From: Eledone cirrhosa
Lineage: Eukaryota
Assembly (NCBI GenBank): GCA_964016885.1
Contig: OZ024745.1
Coordinates: forward strand, 49,600,001-49,664,000
Reading direction: 5' to 3'
DNA: 64,000 nucleotides
Position numbers and translations under genes: made by a program
The notes under the pieces: model-generated
Told to the model about the DNA's origin: nothing
The model's database searches: none
Seen by the model: the letters and a program-made list of their open reading frames with translations, nothing else
Shown: piece after piece, positions 63,773 through 64,000 of the stretch
Numbering within the stretch: the first letter of the stretch is position 1
Layout of the letters: each line of letters starts with the position of its first letter

Positions 63773-64000
63773 AAAGTATATCCTGAGCTATCTACTATAT
63801 CAGCAAGAAAACTGAAAATAATATTCATTTCTAACAATTCTACAAGGCCCCATATTTTTGGAGAGAATATTGACGATTAAATAGGCCCTAGAACGTATTC
63901 CAATTTCATCTGCCTTAAGAGATATAGTATAAACTCACCCTGGACACGACGCCAGTTAATCGCAAGATTAACCTTCCTGTTGCTGTAGTTGGGTTCAGGA

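Overview
AT-rich eukaryotic non-coding DNA with very dense (TA)n, (CA)n, (GA)n and (GATA)n microsatellites. The SINE repertoire resembles that of Octopus (inference). I find no convincing host protein-coding exon, and the long YI/CV/SL/TH ORFs are microsatellite artefacts. Transposons fill the window: a 5'-truncated, frameshifted Tx1/L1-type LINE (12.3-15.3 kb), a Chapaev3-type DNA transposon with TIRs and a TAA TSD (35451-37432), CRE, RTE and mariner relics, hAT- and Tigger-type MITEs, more than 20 tRNA-derived SINE copies or fragments, a 9x74-bp minisatellite, and many Penelope-like element (PLE) fragments in (TA)n tracts. The PLE fragments carry GIY-YIG relics, inverted pLTR duplications and about 10 minimal type I hammerhead ribozyme motifs. 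The most notable signal is a three-copy family (1195-1297 minus, 43494-43591 plus, 53581-53683 minus). It contains all hammerhead core elements in a non-circularly permuted order (cleavage strand, GAAA strand, CUGAUGA strand), shows compensatory changes between copies, and has a 5' strand that appears to splint the split stem II.
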